DNA of 64,000 nucleotides from a virus (IMGVR_UViG_3300043432_000083:33761-97760); one strand, 5' to 3'. Counted from the first letter of the stretch, positions 26,524-35,187 are shown. Translations and numbers: made by a program. Notes: generated from the letters alone by a model not told the origin.

Positions 26524-27398
26524 ACCGCACCATGTGCAGCGATATGGACGTTGCAAGGCGCTTGGCTGGTTCGATCCCAGCAATTCGAGCAGACTGGATA
26601 GCCCTGTACCATAGCATAATCCTCCTGAAGTTCTATGTGTCGATAACAACGCGAACAGCCCGGCATGATGACAGAGTCTTGCAATCCTTTTGGCTCTACC
26701 ACCGCCAGCAATTCCTTCGGCAAGACCATCCGCGCCACGTCCCCGAACTGCTCAATCAAGAACGCGGCTTCTCGGAGACGTTTGGCTTGGTGTCGAGAAA
26801 CATCATAATAGGCATCCTCCGCCCCGAACCGGCTCCGATCTGCCTGTTGTCCTGGCTGCACCCCGTCCTGCGCCCACGGTGCTTTCGTATGTCGGACAAT
26901 CACGGCATCTGTTTTTGCGCAGCGCCATCCCTTCGCCCGCGCTTGCAAACTGAGGTATAGATCGTCCAAGGTCTGCACCCTCACATCAGGCTCAATCCCA
27001 CTTTCCCGATCTATCACCATGCAGAACCCGCAGCAGTAGGCCAGCTCCAGCGTGGAGTCTATCAACATCGCTTCTGGAATCTTCTCGTCATGCTTAATCG
27101 CCTCTGCTGGATTCAGCAAGGCAATGTTCGGAAGGGCTGACATGCGACAGATCAGATTAACCAGCCAGCCGTCATGCAGCACCTCTGCATCATCTTCAAT
27201 AAGGCACAGATAACGGGCTTGTGACCGGCGGAACAGGCGAATGCGCTTCTCGACTTTCGTCAGTTGCTCCCCCTTTTCGATATACACATCGGCCAGCATC
27301 CCCGCTGAGATGGTTTCGAGGGACTTGAGTAGTCGAGCGAGCCAGGGATTGCTCTCGGAGTCCCGCACGCTGATCCCGATGTCCACGAGGTTCGGCAC
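26520..27398 (-). CDS. GT2-like glycosyltransferase
   Basis: CLIEDD.E....GWL, GFCMVI, DDLYLSLQARAKGW, VRH. Confidence 0.75.
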   Translation of the reverse strand: MPNLVDIGISVRDSESNPWLARLLKSLETISAGMLADVYIEKGEQLTKVEKRIRLFRRSQARYLCLIEDDAEVLHDGWLVNLICRMSALPNIALLNPAEAIKHDEKIPEAMLIDSTLELAYCCGFCMVIDRESGIEPDVRVQTLDDLYLSLQARAKGWRCAKTDAVIVRHTKAPWAQDGVQPGQQADRSRFGAEDAYYDVSRHQAKRLREAAFLIEQFGDVARMVLPKELLAVVEPKGLQDSVIMPGCSRCYRHIELQEDYAMVQGYPVCSNCWDRTSQAPCNVHIAAHGAV

Positions 27399-27559
27399 TA
27401 GTCTGATTCCTTATCTAGTGCCAGCACTGTGTCCCCTTCCTCATCGTCATCCTCATCCTCCAGTCCGATACTGGCATCCACCTCTTGGTCGAAGCTCGCT
27501 TGTGCCAACAGGTCCCGCGTCTCCTCCATCTGATCTAATTCCACCAATAACTCCATCAT
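27398..27559 (-). CDS. 53-aa highly acidic protein (not in ORF track)
   Basis: MMELLVELDQMEETRDLLAQASFDQEVDASIGLEDEDDDEEGDTVLALDKESD; 21 of 53 residues D/E; GGGAGG RBS. Confidence 0.65.
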   Translation of the reverse strand: MMELLVELDQMEETRDLLAQASFDQEVDASIGLEDEDDDEEGDTVLALDKESD

Positions 27560-27566
27560 CCCCTCC

Positions 27567-30377
27567 CTATGCCGCCTTCAACACAGTGATGCCGAACTTG
27601 TGCTCTATCGGCGCCCAGACTATCGGATTGATGTAAGCGCTCTTCGCCACCGACGGCGTGTTCCGCAGTGTGCTGGACACTTGCTTCGCGACATTGGCGA
27701 CCAGTTTCTTCGCCTCGGTCTTGGTCGTCGGTGGAGGGGCAGACTTCAAGGCTCGTTGCGCCACGCTGGTCCCGATCAGTGTGCGTAGGTCCTTCGCAGA
27801 GCATTTGCCATATCCCTTGAGATAGCCATTGACCTGTCCTGCCGAAACCGAAAAGACTTTGTCGGAACCCGACTTACCTACCAAGCGGGATCCGATGGCT
27901 GAAGCCAATGTTGGATCGGTGATCGTTCCTTGCCATGCCATCCCTTTCTTGCCGATGAAGTCGAATTTCACAATGTCTCCAGTGACTGTTAAGTGTCGAG
28001 CTTCCAAGGTTGTGGCGCCATACGCTTTGACATTGGCCTGGGTGTCGGCATCTGAGCCGACGCGCATCGCGGTCGCCAATATCAAGCCGGTGACCACCGC
28101 CTCCTCTTTGCCTTTGGCCAGGTCTTGCTCGACGCCCCGCACCAGCTTCGGATAGACCTTGCTCAGCTCCGCCACCCGCTGGAACTTCGCCGCCGCCCGC
28201 TCTCCGGTCGCCTTGGTGCTGTAGAGATACTGCTGACGACCTTTGCTGTCAATGCCAGTGGCTTGCAAAGCACTATTCGGATTATCGCTCACTTCCACAC
28301 CAGTCCATTGCGGTGGAATATGCAGTGCTTTAATCCGATCCAAGGCGTCTCTATCAGTGATAACCTGCCCGTCCCCGCCCACGAAGGCGCGTCCGCCGAC
28401 CTGATACTCATCGCTGACAGCAGCTCCGGCTCCCTCAACGGCGGTCCACTTGCCTGACTCGTCACGTGCCTGATCCGGGTTGAAGTCGTAGTCCCGCGAG
28501 GCGTGATCGCCGCAGAAGCCGCGTCCAGACAGCTCGATGCCCTTGGCTACTTCAGACGGCGTGATGTACTGCACAGGCCCCTCGTCGCGGGTGATGGGCG
28601 TCCATAGGCTTCGGCAGTTGTAATGGCGCGGTGGGCTGAGTCGATCTTCTTCTGGACTCCCTGGCCGCATGATCTTCTGATCCAGATAGTGACAGACCTC
28701 GGTGGTCCTGGCATCCAAGATCGCGCTGTACTGCATTCCGATAATGAAGCCCGACTCGACCTCCGGCGCAAACATCGCCTTCCGGCCCTCGTTGAGCGCC
28801 TCGATGGTGTTGGTCCGCACCATTGTCTCCAGCCGGTACGGGGTCAGCAGCTTCTCGTCGATGGCCTGATCCGGGTCTCCCAGCCAGGGCAGGAACACAT
28901 CGGACAGGGCCTGCTGCACGTCCCGCAGCGGGAGACCCTGCTTGATCGCGTCGTACAGCACAGCTTTGGCGTCGGACAGGATCGGGTCGCGGAGCTGGGC
29001 ACCCCACAGGGACGCTTTGGACTCGAAGAACTCCAACGCCTTCTCCGGCGGCAGGCCCTCCAGGGTATGGCGGACTTGATAGTCCTTCGCCTTCTGCCGC
29101 TTCAGCTCAGCTTGGGCATCCTTGCCACCCATGCGGAATGCCGCCCCCAGCACCTCCCGCAGCGTCGGCACCAACTGACCCAAGCCCCGCAGCTCCAGGT
29201 CATTGACCAGTTTGGTCGTCAGCTCCTTGCCGTTCAGCTTGCGGGTGATGAGGGCGATCAGCTTGTCCCGGCCCTGTGCCAAGATCGCACGGATACGCTG
29301 CTTGGACTGGGCCTCCAGCGCGTCCAGGTTGGTCCGAATAGCAACGAAGTCTACTTTGCGCTCATATTGGGTCAGGTCGCGGGGCAGGTCGGGAATGTCG
29401 GCGTAGTCGTGCTCATCACTTTCAGTATTGCTTCCTCCGCCATCCATCCACTTGCCACTGTCATCCCTAGCTTGGTTGGGGTCGAAGTCGTACTGCTTTT
29501 TTACTTTCAAGCCTTTTGCAGATACAAGAACTTCCTTATCCCCGCCTGCATTCAGATTTCCACTACTATATGCAGACAACAGAATATTTTTGATGGGGAC
29601 CTTCATTGCAACGACTATTCCTTTTTTGCCGGCATATTGTTTCGCTATTCGCAAACTTGATGTCCAAGATTCTACCGGATATCGAGTTTGCAGCACTTGC
29701 TTCACATCTTCAACCTTTCCAATTCCTCGATATAATACAATAGATTGTATTTTACCTCCTTCAGACATTCGCCATTGAGTATAAGCTATTCTCTTTATTG
29801 CATGGTCGGCTAATTTATCAAAATAGCGTTTACCCAATTGAGTCTTTCCCATAGTCCCTAGCAATGGAGAGCTGGCCCCGCGAGGCGTTCCTATATGTCC
29901 ACCAACTAATTTCTCAAATTCATGATATGTCTTATCCTGTGTTAATTCATTAAATAATTGATCCCTCCTATCCGAGGAATACCGACCAAAACTTTTATAC
30001 GCAGCTTCTATTCTATCTGAATTGATAAGGAGTAGGTGAGAATCTTGCCAGTTCTTGCCTACACCTTTCTCTTCGCTGCCTACACCACTACCACCACCCT
30101 CGGTCCACTTCCCATCCTCATCCCTGGCCTGGTCCGGATCGAAGTCGTACTGCTTGCCAGTCAACCGCTTCTTCAGCTCGGCCTTGACCTGCTCGGCGTC
30201 CCAGTCGGGATGCTCAACCACGATGGCCTGCGCCAACTTGAGGAGGTCTATTTTCGACTCGATGACGGAGACCTGCGTCGTCGGCTTGTCCTTACTGTAC
30301 ACCTTCACAGACTTGACTCGCCACCACGGCAGGCCCCCGTAGGTCTTCAGCCAGGTGCGATCGCTCGCCAGTGGCAT
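27567..30377 (-). CDS. MuF head morphogenesis protein fused to ADP-ribosyltransferase-like and DNA topoisomerase IB domains
   Basis: MuF core (RLETMVRTN, YSAILD.RTT..C..LD, PP.HYNCRS); ART R-S-E motifs (LYRG, ESWTSS, KEVLV); TopIB motifs (MRVG, FIGKKG, KDLRT, NTPSVAKSAYINP). Confidence 0.9.
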   Translation of the reverse strand: MPLASDRTWLKTYGGLPWWRVKSVKVYSKDKPTTQVSVIESKIDLLKLAQAIVVEHPDWDAEQVKAELKKRLTGKQYDFDPDQARDEDGKWTEGGGSGVGSEEKGVGKNWQDSHLLLINSDRIEAAYKSFGRYSSDRRDQLFNELTQDKTYHEFEKLVGGHIGTPRGASSPLLGTMGKTQLGKRYFDKLADHAIKRIAYTQWRMSEGGKIQSIVLYRGIGKVEDVKQVLQTRYPVESWTSSLRIAKQYAGKKGIVVAMKVPIKNILLSAYSSGNLNAGGDKEVLVSAKGLKVKKQYDFDPNQARDDSGKWMDGGGSNTESDEHDYADIPDLPRDLTQYERKVDFVAIRTNLDALEAQSKQRIRAILAQGRDKLIALITRKLNGKELTTKLVNDLELRGLGQLVPTLREVLGAAFRMGGKDAQAELKRQKAKDYQVRHTLEGLPPEKALEFFESKASLWGAQLRDPILSDAKAVLYDAIKQGLPLRDVQQALSDVFLPWLGDPDQAIDEKLLTPYRLETMVRTNTIEALNEGRKAMFAPEVESGFIIGMQYSAILDARTTEVCHYLDQKIMRPGSPEEDRLSPPRHYNCRSLWTPITRDEGPVQYITPSEVAKGIELSGRGFCGDHASRDYDFNPDQARDESGKWTAVEGAGAAVSDEYQVGGRAFVGGDGQVITDRDALDRIKALHIPPQWTGVEVSDNPNSALQATGIDSKGRQQYLYSTKATGERAAAKFQRVAELSKVYPKLVRGVEQDLAKGKEEAVVTGLILATAMRVGSDADTQANVKAYGATTLEARHLTVTGDIVKFDFIGKKGMAWQGTITDPTLASAIGSRLVGKSGSDKVFSVSAGQVNGYLKGYGKCSAKDLRTLIGTSVAQRALKSAPPPTTKTEAKKLVANVAKQVSSTLRNTPSVAKSAYINPIVWAPIEHKFGITVLKAA
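28446..28490 (-). repeat. Head-protein tag copy YDFNPDQARDESGKW (precedes TopIB)
   Basis: One of four 45-nt/15-aa copies. Confidence 0.92.
29448..29492 (-). repeat. Head-protein tag copy YDFDPNQARDDSGKW (between ART and MuF core)
   Basis: One of four 45-nt/15-aa copies. Confidence 0.92.
30105..30149 (-). repeat. Head-protein tag copy YDFDPDQARDEDGKW (precedes ART)
   Basis: One of four 45-nt/15-aa copies. Confidence 0.92.
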
Positions 30378-30619
30378 CAGGCGTTCCCCTTCTCGATCAG
30401 CAGCTTAGTGATCGGCGTCACCACGATCTGCCCGAACTGCGGAATGGTCGCCAAGGCATCATCCTTGACAGCAACAAAGTCTCCGCCTAACGCATTGCCC
30501 ATCGACACCGCAAGCGCATAGTCGACGAAGGTGCCGAGCTTCGTCCACAGCACTGCGTCTTCGGTCTGGGCCAGGAACTTGCCGACGATCCAAATCCCTT
30601 GGCTAGGCATTGATTTCAT
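30377..30619 (-). CDS. Small hypothetical protein between portal and MuF
   Basis: 80-aa ORF, stop overlaps MuF start. Confidence 0.6.
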   Translation of the reverse strand: MKSMPSQGIWIVGKFLAQTEDAVLWTKLGTFVDYALAVSMGNALGGDFVAVKDDALATIPQFGQIVVTPITKLLIEKGNA

Positions 30620-30622
30620 TTG

Positions 30623-33600
30623 TTAGGATCGTTGTGGCCATCGCTTCCATCCATACTCGTCTATTTTAGTCCCGTTTCTACCAATTGAATTAGGAACTAC
30701 TTCGCCAAAATATCTGTACTCACGCGCCCCTATCGATCCCAAAGTGGTATCGACAATTCTATCTGCTTTATCAAGATTCCATGCATGAAATGTTCGATCT
30801 GCTATAAAACTACCTGACGACTGCTTTTCCCAAATAGCACCAATTACAGTTCGAAAACCTTTCTGACGATTGGTTCGCGCGCTGTTATCTTGACATTGAC
30901 CTTGCCTACCTGGTGGGATATTTGGCGCTATCTGTGTCTGCTCTTGCCATTCTTTCGGTATTCTATAAGGACGAGATTTTGTCTCCTTTTTATCTCCACC
31001 ACCTGCACTCCCACCAGCAGTCCACTTCCCATCCTGATCTCTCGCCTGGTTGGGGTCGAAGTCGTAGGACTTCTTCATTGCCTCTACGATCACAGCGTCC
31101 AGCTCATTGTCCTGCGGTATAGCTGTTCCGTCCTCAGTCGGCGCCATAACTCCTACTTGCCCTGCTCCGGTCTGCTCTACCTTGGCTGCCTCGATGTCCT
31201 CTGCCGACTTCTCAGGGAACTCGGTGATCAATCGAATATGCGCCTCATCCTCCGGCGTGCTGGTCACGCCCCCTGCTGCAATGGCCTGGAGCCACAAGGT
31301 CAGCAAATTCGCCTTGTCCGACTCCGTGAACGGCAGGAACACGAACTTGGGATAGTCCTCCACTTGATAGTTCAAGTCCACCAAGCGTCGGATCACTTGC
31401 TCTCCCATCACCGTCTCAGCCAAATCCCGCTGGAGCTTCTCGATGATCAGGATGAAGACGTCGAAGTGCTTCTTCGCCTGCCCATAGCTGCCGGTGTCCC
31501 CCTGAGCGCTCAAGCCCAGCAGGTTCGGCAGCAACAAGGAGCGGGCGATGGCCATGTCACACAGCGCAAAGGTCCGCTCGAATACCGAGGAGCCCTGAGC
31601 GCTGATGCCACTGGTCGGGAATTGCAAGGTGATGAAGTCAGGATGAACATAGGAGGTGGCGGCCTGAAGATTCTCTAAGGAGGTCCGCACATCATCCACT
31701 GTCCCTTCTGGCACCATCCCAGAGGAGGGGACAATGCCCTCGGCAAGAGGGACGCTGTTTCCGGACCAACAGGCTTTCCCGTTCCTCCGCACATATACCA
31801 GATGATGCGGCGGGACCGTCACGCAGTAGATCATGCCAGAATAGTCCATCCAGGACCGCCTATCGTCTGGCCTATTGCAGAATGATGCCCCAATCCGAGC
31901 CTCATTTCTGCTGACGGCATACAGCGGAGAACCATCAGGACAAGTTGTATTCCGCTTCTTGACTCCAGCCCACCCACACTTCAAGATGATCTCCTGTACA
32001 TCATCCGCCAATCGCTCTGATTTCGTGCAATACCCTTGATCGCTTCCGTCACCCAGCCATAAAGCATCAAGCAGAATTCGTAATTGTCGTTGAGATATTT
32101 GCTTCAATTCAATGGGAACAAACTTGTCCCCAGCCTTCCCGAATTGCAGCAAATATTCGAAGAGCTGGCGGTCCTTGATCGTGAATGTCCGCATCCCATG
32201 CTTGTCAAGACTATCCTGCGCGTGAAGTCCGGCGGCGGAAATCCATGAGGCGATTCTATCTGCATCAGGACCGTTTTTCTGGCCGATCAACACCCTTTTG
32301 CTTCCACCGGGTGTTTCATATGCACATCCTTCTGCCAGCCAGACACCAAAGAACCGAAGCCAATCATCCATCGGCATTGTACGCTCTGGATAATCCAGCG
32401 TCCGAACTCCTTTGGTCAAGCCAAGATGATTCGAAGTCTGGTATTTCACAGTCAAGGCAGGCAAAGTAAAATATTCTTGTTCTACTCCGTGCCATATCGC
32501 ATCCCGCTTGTACGCCACACTTCGAGGCAGGTCCTTCGCCTCAATGAACCGGAACCGATAGTCCGGCCTGTCACGCAGATTCGTCTCGGTCGAGACCCAC
32601 ATCCGATGATTCGGCGTCACCAGCAGATCGATGTATCGCCCGCCCTGATGCAGCATCTTACCGCGATAGTGATCCGCGAATGTGTCTGTGACTGATCGGT
32701 ATTCCATTTCCCCGGTGTCCGGACTCAATGTAGCAACCTTGTCCCCGACCTTTGGCTCCGAAATATTTCTCCATCCCTGCTCCGTCAGGATCTCTGTGTC
32801 ATCCGAATAGCAATACCGATCAAGGAACATGCCCAGCCAGGTCCAGGCATTCGTCTTCAGCCACCAGGCGCGATACGCCGCACGAAGATCGGAGGTGCCA
32901 TATTGATTCTGATGCTCCCCCATGTAGCTCATCAGGGCAAACTTCTCGGTAGGAAGTCGCTTGCCCCATTGCTCGATGCCATCCGGCAAAAGGTTGTCAT
33001 GGCCATCCGTCACGAAGAGGAAGCCATGTGGGAGCCTGGACTTGATCGACTTCAGGCCCAGCTTCCCGTTATAGGGACCACTGTCCAGTTGACGGTACAG
33101 CAGCTCGCTAACACTGAAGCCGTATGCAAGTGAACAATTATGAAGAAACACAGAATTTGCTACAAAGTTCTGCACTTCTGGCACATGCATGTCATACACA
33201 TCAGCAAATCCCCAAGGTTCAATAGAGATCACTTCATGATTGTCCCCTTGAGTTTGTACAGCCCTTTGCTTTTCATGGTAAGCCAACATAGCCAGGCGTT
33301 GGCTTCTCCCTTTCTTACGCCGCATATCGTCTGTCCAAATGCGCTTTCGATTTGCGTCAGCAAGCTTGGCTTTTCGCTCCGGAGTCCAAGCAGCTTTGAA
33401 TCCAGATCGCATCCGATCAACTATTTTTGCATCTCCCCACAAGGCACGACTCTGACGCGAAAGACGCGCTCGCTGATTAGGTAAAGCCATAGTCTCAATC
33501 TGCTTTTCCCTCGCGCGTCGGACCCAATCAGCTCCGGCAGCCAATCCCTCTGCCTTGGCCTTGAGCATAGCCTTAACATGATTTTGTAATTCCTGCTCTG

Positions 33601-34516
33601 TCATCTTTGACAAACGATTGCGGGTGTGCTCGCTAATATGTCTACCGTGCCCTTTGATCTCCAAGTTTTCAGGAGCATCATCCGCTTTTTCCTCATTCCG
33701 ATGGTGTACAGCAGAACCTTCCGGAACTGGCCCACACACCTCTGTATAGACCCAGTTAGCCCTCTTACACTGTCTCTCGTGTGGAGGCTTGATCCGAACA
33801 TACCCATCTTTGCTTCTCTGCTGATCAAATGGCATCAGCCGATCTCCCGATCTCAACAGACCAGCTCGTTTGTAACTACCATTACGAAGCAAAAAGGGGT
33901 GATTATCAGTGCAAATAATAGAATCCTCTTTCCATACAAATCCCCATTTCCGATTACCAGTCCGCCACCGATATGTCACACGTATGCATGGCGCATTCTG
34001 CTTACTCAACCACACTTTGCTAGCTCTCGCAAGCGTCATGCGTCCATTAACATAACTATAAACCAGAGGAGTTGTCCCTACAAGCTCTCTGATCGGCCTA
34101 TCTCCGTCCGGAGAGTGAATAATAGTATCTCCATGCAGACATAGCATCTCTTGCAGGTTCTGGTCCAGGCACCCGTCCATCTTGGTGAAGTTCCACTTGA
34201 CAAACTCCGCCACCTCCACACTGTCCGACTTGTCATCCACTGGCTCGATGTCCCATCCGGTGGACAGGATGGCATGCTTCTTCATGGCGAGGGCGGCCTT
34301 GACGGCATCATCGGTCTGCATCTTCTGGTAGATGGACAGGCCCTTGCGGCCCACGAGGTCATCGGAATTGACTTGTCGCTCTAGGTTGGAGGGGAAGAAG
34401 ATAGCACGGCGGTTGACGCTGACTTCGGTGAGGAGCTGCTGAAGAGAGGCTCCTCCCGACTGAGGAGTCGAGGTCCGCGTCCTCCGAGGGGGAGCCTGCT
34501 GAGCCGCTACAGACAC
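30623..34516 (-). CDS. Portal protein (Mu gp29/DUF935-like) with two inteins and a C-terminal extra domain
   Basis: YQKM.TD..V, YGFSVSE, YGTSDLRAAY..W, GSYGQA..H, IRRLVDLNY...YPKF; about 610 aa after splicing. Confidence 0.9.
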   Translation of the reverse strand: MSVAAQQAPPRRTRTSTPQSGGASLQQLLTEVSVNRRAIFFPSNLERQVNSDDLVGRKGLSIYQKMQTDDAVKAALAMKKHAILSTGWDIEPVDDKSDSVEVAEFVKWNFTKMDGCLDQNLQEMLCLHGDTIIHSPDGDRPIRELVGTTPLVYSYVNGRMTLARASKVWLSKQNAPCIRVTYRWRTGNRKWGFVWKEDSIICTDNHPFLLRNGSYKRAGLLRSGDRLMPFDQQRSKDGYVRIKPPHERQCKRANWVYTEVCGPVPEGSAVHHRNEEKADDAPENLEIKGHGRHISEHTRNRLSKMTEQELQNHVKAMLKAKAEGLAAGADWVRRAREKQIETMALPNQRARLSRQSRALWGDAKIVDRMRSGFKAAWTPERKAKLADANRKRIWTDDMRRKKGRSQRLAMLAYHEKQRAVQTQGDNHEVISIEPWGFADVYDMHVPEVQNFVANSVFLHNCSLAYGFSVSELLYRQLDSGPYNGKLGLKSIKSRLPHGFLFVTDGHDNLLPDGIEQWGKRLPTEKFALMSYMGEHQNQYGTSDLRAAYRAWWLKTNAWTWLGMFLDRYCYSDDTEILTEQGWRNISEPKVGDKVATLSPDTGEMEYRSVTDTFADHYRGKMLHQGGRYIDLLVTPNHRMWVSTETNLRDRPDYRFRFIEAKDLPRSVAYKRDAIWHGVEQEYFTLPALTVKYQTSNHLGLTKGVRTLDYPERTMPMDDWLRFFGVWLAEGCAYETPGGSKRVLIGQKNGPDADRIASWISAAGLHAQDSLDKHGMRTFTIKDRQLFEYLLQFGKAGDKFVPIELKQISQRQLRILLDALWLGDGSDQGYCTKSERLADDVQEIILKCGWAGVKKRNTTCPDGSPLYAVSRNEARIGASFCNRPDDRRSWMDYSGMIYCVTVPPHHLVYVRRNGKACWSGNSVPLAEGIVPSSGMVPEGTVDDVRTSLENLQAATSYVHPDFITLQFPTSGISAQGSSVFERTFALCDMAIARSLLLPNLLGLSAQGDTGSYGQAKKHFDVFILIIEKLQRDLAETVMGEQVIRRLVDLNYQVEDYPKFVFLPFTESDKANLLTLWLQAIAAGGVTSTPEDEAHIRLITEFPEKSAEDIEAAKVEQTGAGQVGVMAPTEDGTAIPQDNELDAVIVEAMKKSYDFDPNQARDQDGKWTAGGSAGGGDKKETKSRPYRIPKEWQEQTQIAPNIPPGRQGQCQDNSARTNRQKGFRTVIGAIWEKQSSGSFIADRTFHAWNLDKADRIVDTTLGSIGAREYRYFGEVVPNSIGRNGTKIDEYGWKRWPQRS
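31022..31066 (-). repeat. Head-protein tag copy YDFDPNQARDQDGKW (precedes portal C-terminal domain)
   Basis: One of four 45-nt/15-aa copies. Confidence 0.92.
31757..32812 (-). mobile_element. Intein 2 in portal (352 aa, LAGLIDADG-type endonuclease)
   Basis: Begins CYSDDTEILTEQGW, block B VTPNH, FFGVWLAEG and LDALWLGDG, ends ACWSGN|S. Confidence 0.92.
33137..34141 (-). mobile_element. Intein 1 in portal (335 aa, HNH-type endonuclease)
   Basis: Begins CLHGDT, block B CTDNHPF, VHHRNE.K.D..PENL, VYDMHV..VQNFVAN, ends FLHN|C. Confidence 0.92.
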
Positions 34517-34563
34517 TCTGCTGATCGTCGTGCTCCTTGTCCATTGAGGATACTATATGCAAA

Positions 34564-34608
34564 AAGCCCAGCCAACGAACACGAGAGACTCGCTCATTGG
34601 CTGGGCTT
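34564..34608. promoter_or_regulatory. 12-bp inverted repeat upstream of portal
   Basis: AAGCCCAGCCAA (34564-34575) / TTGGCTGGGCTT (34597-34608). Confidence 0.5.
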
Positions 34609-34629
34609 CGGTATTTCCGATGACCCAAG

Positions 34630-34680
34630 CTATTCTATTTAGCTTATACTATACTTTATGGGAAAAGTAAAGAAAAAATA
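34630..34680 (-). promoter_or_regulatory. Candidate promoter for head operon
   Basis: AT-rich intergenic; minus strand TTTACT-17 bp-TATAAG. Confidence 0.35.
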
Positions 34681-34692
34681 TCAGATCCTGAA

Positions 34693-35187
34693 TCACACGC
34701 CCTCCCGCACGCGCCGCAGGGTTTCGGTCACGGCATCGCGGTAGACCTGAAGCGCCAGATCTTTCGTTGACAAACCAGAGGACATATATGTCCATTGATA
34801 ATGCTCGCGCTGTTGTTCTGTCAGCTCCGGCACTTCGATGTTGGCAGCAGCGGCGCGGCCTTGGTGGTAGCCGTACTCGAAGCTCCGCGTGATCACCTTA
34901 TGAATTGCCTCCAGATCCTTGCCGCACACCTTCGGCGCATAGGTCAGCAAGACGCAGCGAACCTCCCAACTCAGCTCCGGCCCTGTCGCCGTTGGCTCCG
35001 ACTGGGCGGCAGGCGCCGAATTGCGGCCCGCTTGGTACACAGTGCGCACCAGCCAGTACAGATCAATGCCGACGCCAGGGATATTGCTCGCCGCGATATA
35101 CCCGCGGACTTGCTGGTCAGTCAGGACGCCAGGATCACGCCTGGGTTCGTCGTAGTCTTGCTGCGTTACGGTCTGTGTTTCACTCAT
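34693..35187 (-). CDS. Hypothetical protein
   Basis: 164-aa ORF with RBS; recurring Y..G helices. Confidence 0.6.
   Translation of the reverse strand: MSETQTVTQQDYDEPRRDPGVLTDQQVRGYIAASNIPGVGIDLYWLVRTVYQAGRNSAPAAQSEPTATGPELSWEVRCVLLTYAPKVCGKDLEAIHKVITRSFEYGYHQGRAAAANIEVPELTEQQREHYQWTYMSSGLSTKDLALQVYRDAVTETLRRVREGV

Noticed and set aside
28446-31066. Tag repeats as a CRISPR array or DGR repeats
   Set aside because: In-frame coding repeats 0.6-1 kb apart with synonymous variation; no cas or reverse transcriptase gene.
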